Source: Mesobacillus harenae (GTDB lineage Bacteria > Bacillota > Bacilli > Bacillales > Cytobacillaceae). From it: DNA of 24,000 bases. How positions within the stretch are numbered: the first letter of the stretch is position 1; the number at the start of each line of letters is the position of its first letter. The position numbers were made by a program, and so were the translations under genes. Below, one piece after another: positions 1 to 8,443 of the stretch. The stretch is from assembly GCF_013343715.1 (NCBI RefSeq), contig NZ_JABUNR010000005.1, positions 147,859 through 171,858 on the forward strand, given 5' to 3'. The notes under the pieces were generated by a model. That model had not been told where the DNA came from. It ran no database searches and saw only the letters and a program-made list of their open reading frames with translations.

Positions 1-118
1 GAACACCATCCGCGAAACCGAACTCTGTTTCTAATCAAGACAAACAAATATTCAAAACAAATGACATTGAAACCAGGATATAGAATCGAAAAAGGAAATA
101 ACAAAGAAACAAAAGGCT

Positions 119-750
119 CCCGCTGGTTTTAGCGGCAAAAGCGCAAGCGCCTTGAACAGCCCCGACAAGCGCTGGAGGGCCAGAAGATGAAGTCGTTCTT
201 TGACTTCATCAGCTGGACCGAAGCGACTCAAGGGGTTAGGCGCTGGAGCTGGATGAGAGCAAAAGCGCAAGCGCCCGTTAAGCGACGTATGGACTGGAGG
301 ACACCGACTGAGATAAAGGAAACACGAAGAGCAATAGCGATTCGATGTTGACTTATCATAGGAAGGTGACCGAAGTACACTAGTCGCTGGGCGCTGGAGC
401 TGGATGAGAACAAAAGCGCAAGCGCCTTGAACAGCCCCGACAAACCTTAATGTGGAGCCGACTGTTTAGCTTCGACAAGCGCTGGAGGGCTTGAAGATGA
501 AGTCGTTCTTTGACTTCAGCAGCTAGGCATCTACCTGAAATGGCTTCTTTGCAGCCTTGCGACGCGGCTTTAGCCGTGGGAGCAGGACTCCCGGGGTTGT
601 TTCCTCTAGTGATGCATAGGCGACTCGAGGACACCGACTAAGTAAAGGAAACACGGAGAACGGAAGCGATTCGATGTTGAAAATAACATGAAATCAGAAC
701 TAGTAACGAATAAGGCAAGATCTTAGCTACAAGCAGGTACACTAGTCCTT
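119..750. repeat. Mosaic cluster of GC-rich intergenic repeat modules forming two diverged super-units
   Basis: Direct repeats read from the sequence. Module A 'gcgctggagctggatgagaRcaaaagcgcaagcgcc' is at 240-275 and 391-426, with a partial copy at 136-151. Module B 'ttgaacagccccgacaa' is at 152-168 and 427-443. Module C (51 nt, containing the hairpin gatgaagtc/gacttcatc) is at 164-214 and 474-524. Module D (about 55 nt, 'gaggacaccgact..aaaggaaacacg..agcgattcgatgttga') is at 296-351 and 626-680. Module E 'gtacactagtc' is at 375-385 and 737-747. The ORF-track ORFs here are short, overlapping and low-complexity, so they are not credible genes. Confidence 0.8.
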
Positions 751-806
751 GATGAAGAAATAAATAATAGATTTACAATAAGCTTCGGTAAGGAGTGTTT
801 GTTTGT

Positions 807-1229
807 ATGTATGAGCTAAAAACCAAACAGAACGACAGCGATGTCATTGAGTTTATAGAAAAAGTCGAAAATCCTAAAAAGCGTGAAGATGCTTATGAAT
901 TATTAGATATTTTTTCTGAAACGACTGGCTTCCAAGCAAAAATGTGGGGCGACAGTATTATCGGGTTTGGTTCCTATCATTATAAATATAAAACTGGTCA
1001 CGAAGGTGACGCGCCTCTCGTCGGGTTTTCACCTCGAAAATCCAAAATCAGTTTATATTTTGCAACAGGAGACTCACAAAGAGATGCTTTATTAAAGGAT
1101 TTTGGAAAACATACTTCAGGGAAAGCATGTGTATACATCAATAAAATAGCAGATATTGATATAGTCGTATTAAAGGCATTAATTCAGCAGTCTGTGACAT
1201 TTTTGAATGAAACATACCCAAATCCTTAA
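807..1229 (+). CDS. DUF1801 (YdhG-like) domain protein
   Basis: The translation contains 'MWGDSIIGFGSYHYKYKTGHEGDAPLVGFSPRKSKISLYF', typical of the DUF1801 family. I prefer ATG 807 over GTG 795 because SD 'aaggag' at 790-795 lies 11 nt upstream of 807. Confidence 0.7.
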   Translation: MYELKTKQNDSDVIEFIEKVENPKKREDAYELLDIFSETTGFQAKMWGDSIIGFGSYHYKYKTGHEGDAPLVGFSPRKSKISLYFATGDSQRDALLKDFGKHTSGKACVYINKIADIDIVVLKALIQQSVTFLNETYPNP

Positions 1230-1371
1230 ACCAGCCTTTAGCGTGTCACTAAGCTTGGAGACACATTACCTGAGGTTCATATTTGCAGTAGAATCAAACG
1301 ACTCATCCGGCGTACTTTCTTTTTAATAAGTAGAAGCGCCGCATAAAATTAAAAGGCTAGGTGGGATATAG

Positions 1372-1668
1372 GTGTCCAGTCAGTTAGAGGGAGCTTTTTA
1401 CTTTAGTGTAATGGCATTAGCAATCCTAGTAACTATTACCTTTACCTATTTTATGTTAAAAACCACCAAAAGCTCCAACAAAGTCATTGTTTATTCTTTA
1501 ATAATAAGCTTATTACTATTTATAACTGCCTGCATATGGTGGGGAATGTTTGCAAGTGATGGATTCAGTCAGGTTTTCGGATGGCTGTTCTACGGGGCTG
1601 CTTTTATTTTAGTGAACATAATAACTACTTTGTTGTCACTCAAGAAAAAAAAGGCAAGCGTTCTTTAG
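1372..1668 (+). CDS. Small hypothetical membrane protein (about 3 TM segments)
   Basis: 98-aa ORF with a GTG start 6 nt after SD-like 'aggtggg' (1359-1365). It has hydrophobic segments and is followed by a terminator hairpin. I recognise no family. Confidence 0.5.
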   Translation: MSSQLEGAFYFSVMALAILVTITFTYFMLKTTKSSNKVIVYSLIISLLLFITACIWWGMFASDGFSQVFGWLFYGAAFILVNIITTLLSLKKKKASVL

Positions 1669-1678
1669 TAATTTTAAA

Positions 1679-1700
1679 AGCACCGCCTATGGCGGTGCTT
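1679..1700 (+). terminator. Stem-loop terminator after the small membrane protein gene
   Basis: Perfect inverted repeat 'agcaccgcc' tat 'ggcggtgct'. The T-tract is weak. Confidence 0.55.
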
Positions 1701-1754
1701 AGGCTTGTCAACAATTAGTGTTTAAGAGATTTATTTTTACTTGAATGGGTATTT

Positions 1755-1860
1755 TTCCGGGGCCATTCGCCGAAACTCCGCGCAGCACACTCCTGGGAGT
1801 CTCGACTGAGATGAAATGTCGATCTCCCAGGTGTCGATCACCTTCATTCCGCCATTCATC
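1755..1860. repeat. GC-rich palindromic intergenic element
   Basis: A locally GC-rich stretch in an AT-rich spacer. Arms 'cctgggagtctcgac' (1792-1806) and 'gtcgatctcccagg' (1818-1831) form an imperfect hairpin. 'gtcgatc' is duplicated at 1818-1824 and 1833-1839. Confidence 0.5.
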
Positions 1861-2103
1861 TAGTACTTTTTAAACTGATAAAAAATATGCTTCCCGAGTC
1901 CTCTTTAACTAACTTGCCCTATCCAAGTTGCTAGTTTCTTTAAGGTCATAGCAGCAGCCTACACATCGCCTGCATAGGCAATTTTTTAAGAACCCATAAG
2001 TTGACCTTTTCATACCACATCCGCTTATACAAAAACACGTTCTATCGTTTCTTTGCGTCTAGCGTATATCCCTTTGCTGTCTTTGTTTGACCCTCGTTAT
2101 AAC

Positions 2104-2928
2104 TTAGGATTCAATTGCTTTAACTTCGCTTAGCTCTTTAATTCTCTCAACCACTCTGCGCTTTTGGTACAGCATCGTACCTGTTTCAGCAATATCCTCA
2201 ATCATGGCACGGTTCGTAAATGCTCCAAACACAATTCCAGCGACCGGTACCATTTGAAAGAGCTTCTTCCAGCCAAAATGGTCGCGGTATGTATAAACTA
2301 CCTCACGCCATCCCTGCAGCTGAGCCATAATTTCATTAGTTTTCTGCTCACCATGGTAAAAGGCTTCTAACTCTTTTAAAATCGTTTCCTTACCTGTTGT
2401 ATCCGCCGAAGTAAATTGCAGACATTTTACAATAAAAACACGTTCCTGCTTATCGTTAGGATCATAGCCGTGTGCGATGGAAATTTCTTGCAATACTTTT
2501 AGAGACATACCAAGCAAAGCAGGTATATCAAGCGCTAAAGTAAAAATGCCTCCAATTCCAGTTGTTGCCCCCTGGACAGCCGCTATTTTCTTCCTGCTTC
2601 CAGCAATATCAGCGCTTACCTCCTTCATAATTCCAAGCGAAACAGTTTTGATCTCTTCGCGGCTTTGTATGGACTGCCCCGTTCGTTTTGTTAGTAGTTT
2701 ATGAACCTGCTTCTCCTGTGTCAAATACTTTCCACCTGTTTGAATGAAACTGCCCAGCTCGTCCAGAAGGGATCCAATCTTTTTATGAATAAAGTTAGGA
2801 GTTAACTTGTCGAGAATCTTAAAAGGGAGCCTTCCTATGCGTTCCCAAAACCATAAACCGCTCTGATCTTTTTCCCATTTTTTGATTAACTCCAGTTCTG
2901 AGTATAATTCTTCTTTTGACTCCATCAC
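2104..2928 (-). CDS. EcsC family protein
   Basis: 274 aa. It has the N-terminal 'KKWEKDQSGLWFWERI' motif, the Gly-rich central segment 'VQGATTGIGGIFTLALDIPALLGMSLKVLQEISIAHGYD', and a C-terminal 'YQKRR' region, all resembling B. subtilis EcsC-like proteins. Confidence 0.65.
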   Translation of the reverse strand: MMESKEELYSELELIKKWEKDQSGLWFWERIGRLPFKILDKLTPNFIHKKIGSLLDELGSFIQTGGKYLTQEKQVHKLLTKRTGQSIQSREEIKTVSLGIMKEVSADIAGSRKKIAAVQGATTGIGGIFTLALDIPALLGMSLKVLQEISIAHGYDPNDKQERVFIVKCLQFTSADTTGKETILKELEAFYHGEQKTNEIMAQLQGWREVVYTYRDHFGWKKLFQMVPVAGIVFGAFTNRAMIEDIAETGTMLYQKRRVVERIKELSEVKAIES

Positions 2929-3165
2929 TCTTCCCGCTTTCTATTAAATATTTTATATTCTGTCTATTAATAACTATTCCCTTCATCTTACTCTATAATC
3001 TCATTGTTAGGTTTTATAGGTTATAACTTTTTCCATGGTTTGTGTCAAGGAGATGACTGGGAGTAATGAAATTCCTCCCATATTGAAATTTTATCTCTGT
3101 GTAGAATGTCCACTTTAGTTGCTATCCTTTAAAATTTGTACTCCAGTACAGAGCTAAAATCCCAA

Positions 3166-3198
3166 CAAAAAAAGCCTCTTTGCCATCGGCAGAGAAGC
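3166..3198 (-). terminator. Rho-independent terminator of wrbA
   Basis: On the minus strand, 'gcttctctgcc gat ggcaaagaggc' is followed by a T-run (the plus-strand A-run at 3166-3173). Confidence 0.65.
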
Positions 3199-3218
3199 TT
3201 CTATGTTTTGAAGGAAGT

Positions 3219-3830
3219 TTATTGGTTTCCTTTTCTTACCCATTCAGCGACTGTTACTGTGCGCTTGGCTTGGTGTTTAACAGCGTCTTCTACATTTTCT
3301 CTCATGTTGCCATCCTGTTCAACTGTGACACTGGTTCCGTACGGATTTCCACCTGCTCCAAATATAGCCTGGTCAGTGTAGCCAGGTGCAGCAACAATTG
3401 CTCCCCAATGGTAGAAGGTTGTATAAAGGGAGAGAATGGTGGCTTCCTGGCCGCCATGCGGGTTTTGGGCGGATGTCATTGCACTGACTACCTTATTCGC
3501 AAGCTTGCCGTTGAACCATAGCCCTCCCGTTGAATCAAGGAATGCCTTCATCTGTGCTGGCATATTCCCAAAGCGAGTAGGAACGCTGAATATGATCGCA
3601 TCTGCCCATTCTAAATCATCAAGACTTACTTCAGGCACATCCTTGGTTTCTTCGATGTGAGCCTTCCAACGAGGATTAGCCTCCAAAGCAGATGGAGGTG
3701 CAGTTTCTGGAACTCTTAATACATTCACCTCTGCACCTGCTGCCTTTCCACCTGCTTCCGCCCATTGTGCCAGCTTGTAATTCGTACCTGTGGAACTATA
3801 ATAAATCACAGCTAATTTTATATTGGTCAT
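3219..3830 (-). CDS. wrbA: NAD(P)H:quinone oxidoreductase, WrbA type (flavodoxin-like fold)
   Basis: 'KLAVIYYSSTGTNYKLAQWAEAGGKAAGAEV...DLEWADAIIFSVPTRFGNMPAQMKAFLDSTGGLW...SAQNPHGGQEATILSLYTTFYHWGAIVAAPGYTD' matches the WrbA family. I place the start at ATG 3830 (MTNIK), which has SD 'aaaggag' upstream. The track's upstream ATG 3848 lacks an SD. Confidence 0.85.
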   Translation of the reverse strand: MTNIKLAVIYYSSTGTNYKLAQWAEAGGKAAGAEVNVLRVPETAPPSALEANPRWKAHIEETKDVPEVSLDDLEWADAIIFSVPTRFGNMPAQMKAFLDSTGGLWFNGKLANKVVSAMTSAQNPHGGQEATILSLYTTFYHWGAIVAAPGYTDQAIFGAGGNPYGTSVTVEQDGNMRENVEDAVKHQAKRTVTVAEWVRKGNQ

Positions 3831-3913
3831 ACTTTTTCTCCTTTTCACTTAGTTTTTCGTTAACTTCTCTTTTAAACCCATTGTTACTATGCCAATTACC
3901 TAGAAAAATATAC

Positions 3914-3936
3914 AATTCAAAAAAATAAATTGAATT
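3914..3936. promoter_or_regulatory. Inverted repeat in the wrbA upstream region (candidate operator)
   Basis: 'aattcaa' (3914-3920), a 9-nt spacer, then 'ttgaatt' (3930-3936). It shares 'ttgaatta' with the repeats downstream of the yceI-like promoter. Confidence 0.3.
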
Positions 3937-3992
3937 AGGGTGAATGGTTAGGTAATTTTTCCTTTATAGTTATTTTTTTCAGTTAATTTTGG

Positions 3993-4021
3993 TTGACATT
4001 CTATTTTTAACAGCATATAAT
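3993..4021 (+). promoter_or_regulatory. Consensus sigma-A type promoter of the YceI-like gene
   Basis: -35 'ttgaca' at 3993-3998, an exact 17-nt spacer, and -10 'tataat' at 4016-4021. Confidence 0.75.
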
Positions 4022-4056
4022 TTATCTTGAATTAAGTTATCTTGAATCCGAGATAA
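4022..4056 (+). promoter_or_regulatory. Direct and inverted repeat immediately downstream of the -10 (candidate repressor operator)
   Basis: 'ttatcttgaat' occurs at 4022-4032 and again at 4037-4047. 'ttatct' (4037-4042) and 'agataa' (4051-4056) form an inverted repeat. Confidence 0.35.
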
Positions 4057-4084
4057 ATAAACGCATTTAAGGGGAGAAAATAAA

Positions 4085-4618
4085 ATGGCAAAGACAAAAT
4101 GGACAATTGACGACACACACAGCTCAATCGAATTTTCTGTAAAACACATGATGATCGCAAACGTTAAAGGAGCTTTTAATGATTTCGAAGCTTCTGTTGA
4201 AGCTGATCCTGCTGATCTTACAACTGCTGATATTCAATTCACAGTTCAGTTAGCGAGCATTGATACCCGCAATACAGACCGTGATAACCACCTTCGTTCT
4301 GCTGATTTCTTTGACGTAGAAAACAACCCTACTATGACATTTAAATCAACAAACATTGTTAAAAAAGATGAGGGTGAATACGACGTTACCGGCGATCTAA
4401 CGATCAACAATACAACTAAATCAGAAACTTTTGCAGTTACTTTTGAAGGAGAAGGGAAAGATCCTTGGGGTAATGAAAGAGCAGGATTTAGCGGTACTGG
4501 AGCCTTAAACCGCAGTGATTATGGCTTAACATGGAATGCAGCACTTGAAACAGGCGGAGTTCTTGTTGGAGATAAAGTAAAAGTAATTCTTCAATTTGAA
4601 GGAATTAAAGCTCAATAG
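4085..4618 (+). CDS. YceI-like polyisoprenoid-binding protein
   Basis: 'WTIDDTHSSIEFSVKHMMIANVKGAFNDFEASV...IDTRNTDRDNHLRSADFFDVENNPTMTFKST' is typical of the YceI family. SD 'aaggggag' precedes the ATG. Confidence 0.85.
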   Translation: MAKTKWTIDDTHSSIEFSVKHMMIANVKGAFNDFEASVEADPADLTTADIQFTVQLASIDTRNTDRDNHLRSADFFDVENNPTMTFKSTNIVKKDEGEYDVTGDLTINNTTKSETFAVTFEGEGKDPWGNERAGFSGTGALNRSDYGLTWNAALETGGVLVGDKVKVILQFEGIKAQ

Positions 4619-4662
4619 GTTAAGAGATTTGCAGGCTGATTACTCACAACTATTTTAAAAAT

Positions 4663-4690
4663 GAGACCCTTCCTTAAATCGAAGGGTCTC
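4663..4690. terminator. Hairpin between convergent genes (probably a bidirectional terminator)
   Basis: Perfect 10-bp stem 'gagacccttc' / 'gaagggtctc' with an 8-nt loop. An A-run lies on the left and a T-containing run on the right. It overlaps the 3' end of the 60-aa minus-strand ORF. Confidence 0.6.
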
Positions 4691-4856
4691 TTCGATATTT
4701 CTGAAATTTATCTTTTACTGTGTGAATGATTCTTTTTGCTCTATACTCTCTTGCCCTGGGGCCCAGCACATATCTTGCCCACAATAAGTGGATAATTTCC
4801 TCAACTAAAATGAACGCGATAAACGGTCCAACAATCCACATCCAAATCACCATCAT
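4674..4856 (-). CDS. Small hypothetical single-pass membrane protein
   Basis: 60-aa ORF with a hydrophobic N-terminus (VIWMWIVGPFIAFILV) and a basic C-terminus. SD-like 'aagggggc' lies upstream. I recognise no family. Confidence 0.4.
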   Translation of the reverse strand: MMVIWMWIVGPFIAFILVEEIIHLLWARYVLGPRAREYRAKRIIHTVKDKFQKYRRDPSI

Positions 4857-5253
4857 AAGCCCCCTTTTTGGATAATTTACCCTATTCCTTATTTTACCAT
4901 AGAATGTATAAATCTTTAAATTTCACTTTCTATTATAAATTAGGAGGTATTGCCTGTTTTTCACAGGATCTCACTCCATTCCCTCTCTAGATTAATCGAA
5001 TAGCGCTAAAAGTAATTCCTTAAAAGTATGAAAAGATTTCCGTATCTATGAGTATGCTTTAGGCCATTTTAAACAAGGTGAAAACTATGTAATAGAGCAT
5101 TCTTTAAAAATAATATATAATTTGATGATAGCTCCAAAGTTAAAGTGAAACCCACCAGCCAAAGAAAACGTATATAGTATAGATGCACCTGGGTAAAAAG
5201 ATTGAATAAACAATGCGGTTCAGGAAAATAGTTTCCTCGAGCCAGGGGGTATT

Positions 5254-7335
5254 ATGGAAAAGATAAAGCAGCAATTAATTAGGATTTGGGAAACAATTGT
5301 CCGCTTCTGGAAGAAAAAACACATTACACAAATCTTACTTTTGACAACATTGGTAATCATCCTGCTGACGATTCTCTACTTCGCGTTTTTGGCAAGCCGC
5401 GTGAATGTCCAGCAGTTAAAGGATGGGTTGAGCCAGGCAACTCTTGTATATGATAAAGATGGCAATGAAGCCACCGCTGTTGGAACAAACCGTACTAAGG
5501 GAATGAAAATGGCTGAATTGCCTGAGCATGTACCTAATGCTGTCATTGCTATTGAAGATGAACGCTTTTATAACCATAATGGATTTGATTTAAAAGGGAT
5601 TTTTCGCTCCTTTTTAAATAACTTGCTTGCTGGCAGGATTACTGGCGGCGGAAGTACCATCACTCAGCAACTGACTAAAAACGCTTTGCTCTCACCGGAA
5701 AGGACTTATAAACGGAAGGCAGAGGAGTTATTTTTAGCGGTAGAAGTTGAGAAAGCTTACAAAAAAGATGAGATTTTAGAAATGTATCTGCACCAGGTTT
5801 ATTTTGGCGGCGGAGCCTGGGGGATTGACCGGGCGGCAATTAAATATTTCAACAAAGATATTAAAGACGTCACGATAAGTGAGGCTGCCCTGCTTGCCGG
5901 ACTTTTAAAGGCTCCATCCTCTTTAAATCCGTACAATAACTTTGAAGGTGCGATCCAGCGAAGAGATCTTGTTCTCGGCAATATGAACAAACTCGGAATG
6001 ATTACCGGGGAAGAATATGAAAAAGCCAAAAACGAACAAATCAATCTTGAAGACGGCGGCGGGAGCCTGGTGAAGCGTCAGTATAAATACTATGTGGATG
6101 CAGTACTTGATGAAGCGACCTCAAAGTATGCCTTAACCCAAGAAGAAATTCTTACGAAGGGCTATCAAATATACACTGAACTAGATCCAGCTATCCAGAC
6201 CAGCCTTGAAGAAGTGTATGAACGGGATTCATTGTTTCCTCGTAATAAAGGCGGGACACTTGTTCAGAGTGGGGCCGTTCTTCTCGATCCTAAAAACGGT
6301 GGTGTTCGCGGCCTTGTTGGCGGACGTGGAGAACATGTTTTCCGCGGCTTTAACCGGGCAACCCATATAAAAGCGCAGCCTGGTTCAACGATGAAGCCCC
6401 TAGCTGTCTATGCTCCCGCACTCGAGGATGGGTATCATATCACGTCAGAGCTTGTAGACGAAAAAATGTCATTTGGCAATTACGAACCAGAGAATTTCAC
6501 AAAGCAATATCAAGGTGAGGTGCCAATGTATAAAGCCGTCGAAGATTCGATTAACATTCCCGCTGTTTGGCTGCTAGATCAAATAGGTCTTGAAAAAGGG
6601 ATCTCATCCGTAAGAAAGTTTGGAATTCCTGTTTCTAAAGAGGATGAGAATTTAGCCCTTGCACTCGGCGGGATGCATAACGGCGTCTCACCTCTGCAAA
6701 TGGCCGAAGCTTATTCTGTGTTTCCGAATGAAGGGAAAAGGCGTGACAGCCATTTTATAACAAAAATTGTTGGTCCGACCGGCGAAACTATTGCTGAACA
6801 TAAACCAAAAACAACATCCGTTATTTATAGCTCTACGGCTCGTGAAATGACTTCTCTCCTATTAAACGTTGTTGAAACTGGTACAGGCCAAGCTACCAAT
6901 ATTGATGGTGTTCAGATCGCTGGTAAAACGGGATCGACACAGCTCCCGTATGCTGATATACAAGGCACGAAGGATCAGTGGTTTGTCGGTTATACACCGA
7001 ATATAGTTGGGGCCATTTGGCTAGGTTTTGACACCACCGACCGAGAGCATTATCTGCCAAGCAGCAGCTCACAGACGGTTGTTCCGATTTTCAAAGAGAT
7101 TATGGAGGGCACCCTTCAGCATATTGAGCCTGGAGAATTTGATGTGAAATCAGTGAATGAACGACTTAAGGAAAATCGTCGTCCTGATAAAATTCTTAAG
7201 GAAAAAGCGGAAGAGCTTGAAGAAAAGCTAAAGGAAGAAAGCTCAAAATGGAAAGAACGCCTGAAAAATGGATTTGAAGAATTAGAGGGTATTGGAAAGA
7301 AATTAAAAGACGAACTAAATAATATTCAAAATTAA
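5254..7335 (+). CDS. Class A penicillin-binding protein (bifunctional glycosyltransferase/transpeptidase)
   Basis: It has an N-terminal TM anchor. GT51 motifs present are 'EDERFYNHNGFD', 'GGSTITQQL' and 'RKAEELFLAVEVE'. Transpeptidase motifs present are 'STMKP' (SxxK), 'SIN' (SxN) and 'KTGST' (KTG). A lysine/glutamate-rich C-terminal tail follows. Confidence 0.9.
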   Translation: MEKIKQQLIRIWETIVRFWKKKHITQILLLTTLVIILLTILYFAFLASRVNVQQLKDGLSQATLVYDKDGNEATAVGTNRTKGMKMAELPEHVPNAVIAIEDERFYNHNGFDLKGIFRSFLNNLLAGRITGGGSTITQQLTKNALLSPERTYKRKAEELFLAVEVEKAYKKDEILEMYLHQVYFGGGAWGIDRAAIKYFNKDIKDVTISEAALLAGLLKAPSSLNPYNNFEGAIQRRDLVLGNMNKLGMITGEEYEKAKNEQINLEDGGGSLVKRQYKYYVDAVLDEATSKYALTQEEILTKGYQIYTELDPAIQTSLEEVYERDSLFPRNKGGTLVQSGAVLLDPKNGGVRGLVGGRGEHVFRGFNRATHIKAQPGSTMKPLAVYAPALEDGYHITSELVDEKMSFGNYEPENFTKQYQGEVPMYKAVEDSINIPAVWLLDQIGLEKGISSVRKFGIPVSKEDENLALALGGMHNGVSPLQMAEAYSVFPNEGKRRDSHFITKIVGPTGETIAEHKPKTTSVIYSSTAREMTSLLLNVVETGTGQATNIDGVQIAGKTGSTQLPYADIQGTKDQWFVGYTPNIVGAIWLGFDTTDREHYLPSSSSQTVVPIFKEIMEGTLQHIEPGEFDVKSVNERLKENRRPDKILKEKAEELEEKLKEESSKWKERLKNGFEELEGIGKKLKDELNNIQN

Positions 7336-7386
7336 AGCTGCTCGGGGATATTAGAAGAAATCAGAGCAAGTTTAACAGCCTTAAGA

Positions 7387-7420
7387 AAAGGACCAAATCC
7401 ATTGTGATTTGGTCCTTTCT
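7387..7420 (+). terminator. Rho-independent terminator of the PBP gene
   Basis: 'aaaggaccaaatc' cattgt 'gatttggtccttt' followed by 'ct'. The stem is 13 bp and perfect. Confidence 0.8.
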
Positions 7421-7447
7421 CAATCCTTGGTAGAAAGGCGTCTCTCA

Positions 7448-7483
7448 TAAAAAAAACAAACCGCTAGGACTTACTCCAAGCGG
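7448..7483 (-). terminator. Terminator of the ABC transporter operon
   Basis: Hairpin 'ccgctagga ctta ctccaagcgg' (one mismatch), followed on the minus strand by a T-run (the plus-strand A-run at 7448-7457). Confidence 0.65.
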
Positions 7484-7498
7484 CATTTGGTGTTATCT

Positions 7499-8443
7499 TT
7501 AAATACTTATATCTCTCTTTTCGAAAAACCCAAATGTAATAATCATGAATGCTGCATAGTAAACGCCCAATATAGCAAGTGAAAGGGGCAATGTAATATT
7601 ACCAAGAATCTCATCCTGAAGAGCATACACAGTTAAGTCCAGATGGGGAAATATGAGAAACTTTGCCCAGGCAAAGCGATCAGCAAGCATAACGATAATT
7701 CCGCCAAGCGTCGATGAAAAGAATAGAACAAAAATTCCAATCCCCACTGCTAGGGCCTGACTTTTGAATAAAGTAGACAGCATGAATGATATGGTCATGA
7801 TCATCAGTAAACTCGGCAGGTAAAAGATGATTTTCTGAAAGAATTGCGGTCCAGCCTCTGATACCTTTTGCCCATCAATTCCCATTTCGAATACTTTCGT
7901 ATTAAAATCCCCGCTCCCAAACATAATGAGTCCGATTAAGTACCCCGCAGCAATTAGTACGGATACAAGCAAGAATGAGTACATAACTACACTTATATAT
8001 TTTGACAAAAGGATTTTCCAGCGCTGATGAGGCCGGATTAGCAGCTGCTTAATCGTTCCATCCGAAAATTCAGCAGCTACATTCCCGCTGCAAACAATGA
8101 CCACAAATAAGGTCACAAGTGCGCTAACACCAATAACAACTTCATTCATAAAATCCCAGTTATTTTTCGCGTTTGGATTTATATTTTCTTCAAGATAATA
8201 TTCTAATTGTTCAATCCGGCTTTCAAGCCACCGTCTGTCCATTTCACTGGATTCATTAAGCTGTGTATTTAATGATGCCAGCTCTGCCTGGCTTTCTGCC
8301 TGCCAATTCTGATTATCGTCAGGTCCCATTTTTTGATAGAAAATGCCGCCAATCAGAATTGCTAAGATGATAGCTGCTAGATATACCCAGCTGGACTTTT
8401 TAGCGAACGTTTTCATCCATTCGTTCCGGATTAATGCCATCAT
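7499..8443 (-). CDS. ABC-2 type transporter permease
   Basis: 314 aa. It has an N-terminal TM segment, a large hydrophilic loop, then about 5 TM segments, which is the architecture of ABC-2 exporter permeases. Its start overlaps the upstream ATPase gene stop by 4 nt (8440-8443). Confidence 0.7.
   Translation of the reverse strand: MMALIRNEWMKTFAKKSSWVYLAAIILAILIGGIFYQKMGPDDNQNWQAESQAELASLNTQLNESSEMDRRWLESRIEQLEYYLEENINPNAKNNWDFMNEVVIGVSALVTLFVVIVCSGNVAAEFSDGTIKQLLIRPHQRWKILLSKYISVVMYSFLLVSVLIAAGYLIGLIMFGSGDFNTKVFEMGIDGQKVSEAGPQFFQKIIFYLPSLLMIMTISFMLSTLFKSQALAVGIGIFVLFFSSTLGGIIVMLADRFAWAKFLIFPHLDLTVYALQDEILGNITLPLSLAILGVYYAAFMIITFGFFEKRDISI

Noticed and set aside
52-634. Three minus-strand ORFs (72, 71 and 84 aa) across the left-edge repeats
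   Set aside because: They overlap one another and lie wholly in repeat modules. Their translations are low-complexity Ala/Leu/Arg/Pro-rich sequence, and they have no SD. I treat them as artefacts of GC-rich repeats.
119-750. Possible CRISPR array
   Set aside because: The repeats differ in length (11 to 56 nt), are irregularly spaced and occur in shuffled order. There is no constant repeat/spacer periodicity, and there are no cas genes in the window.
1308-1341. Hairpin 'cggcgtacttct...agaagcgccg' between the DUF1801 gene and the membrane protein gene, as a terminator
   Set aside because: The stem is imperfect with a 2-nt bulge, and no T-tract follows on either strand. I could not support a terminator call.
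4857-5253. Hidden gene or RNA in the 397-bp gap upstream of the PBP gene
   Set aside because: It contains an 'aggagg' (4942-4947), but the nearest start codon (TTG) is only about 3 nt away and the frame closes after about 17 codons. I could not recognise any conserved structure, so I left it unannotated.
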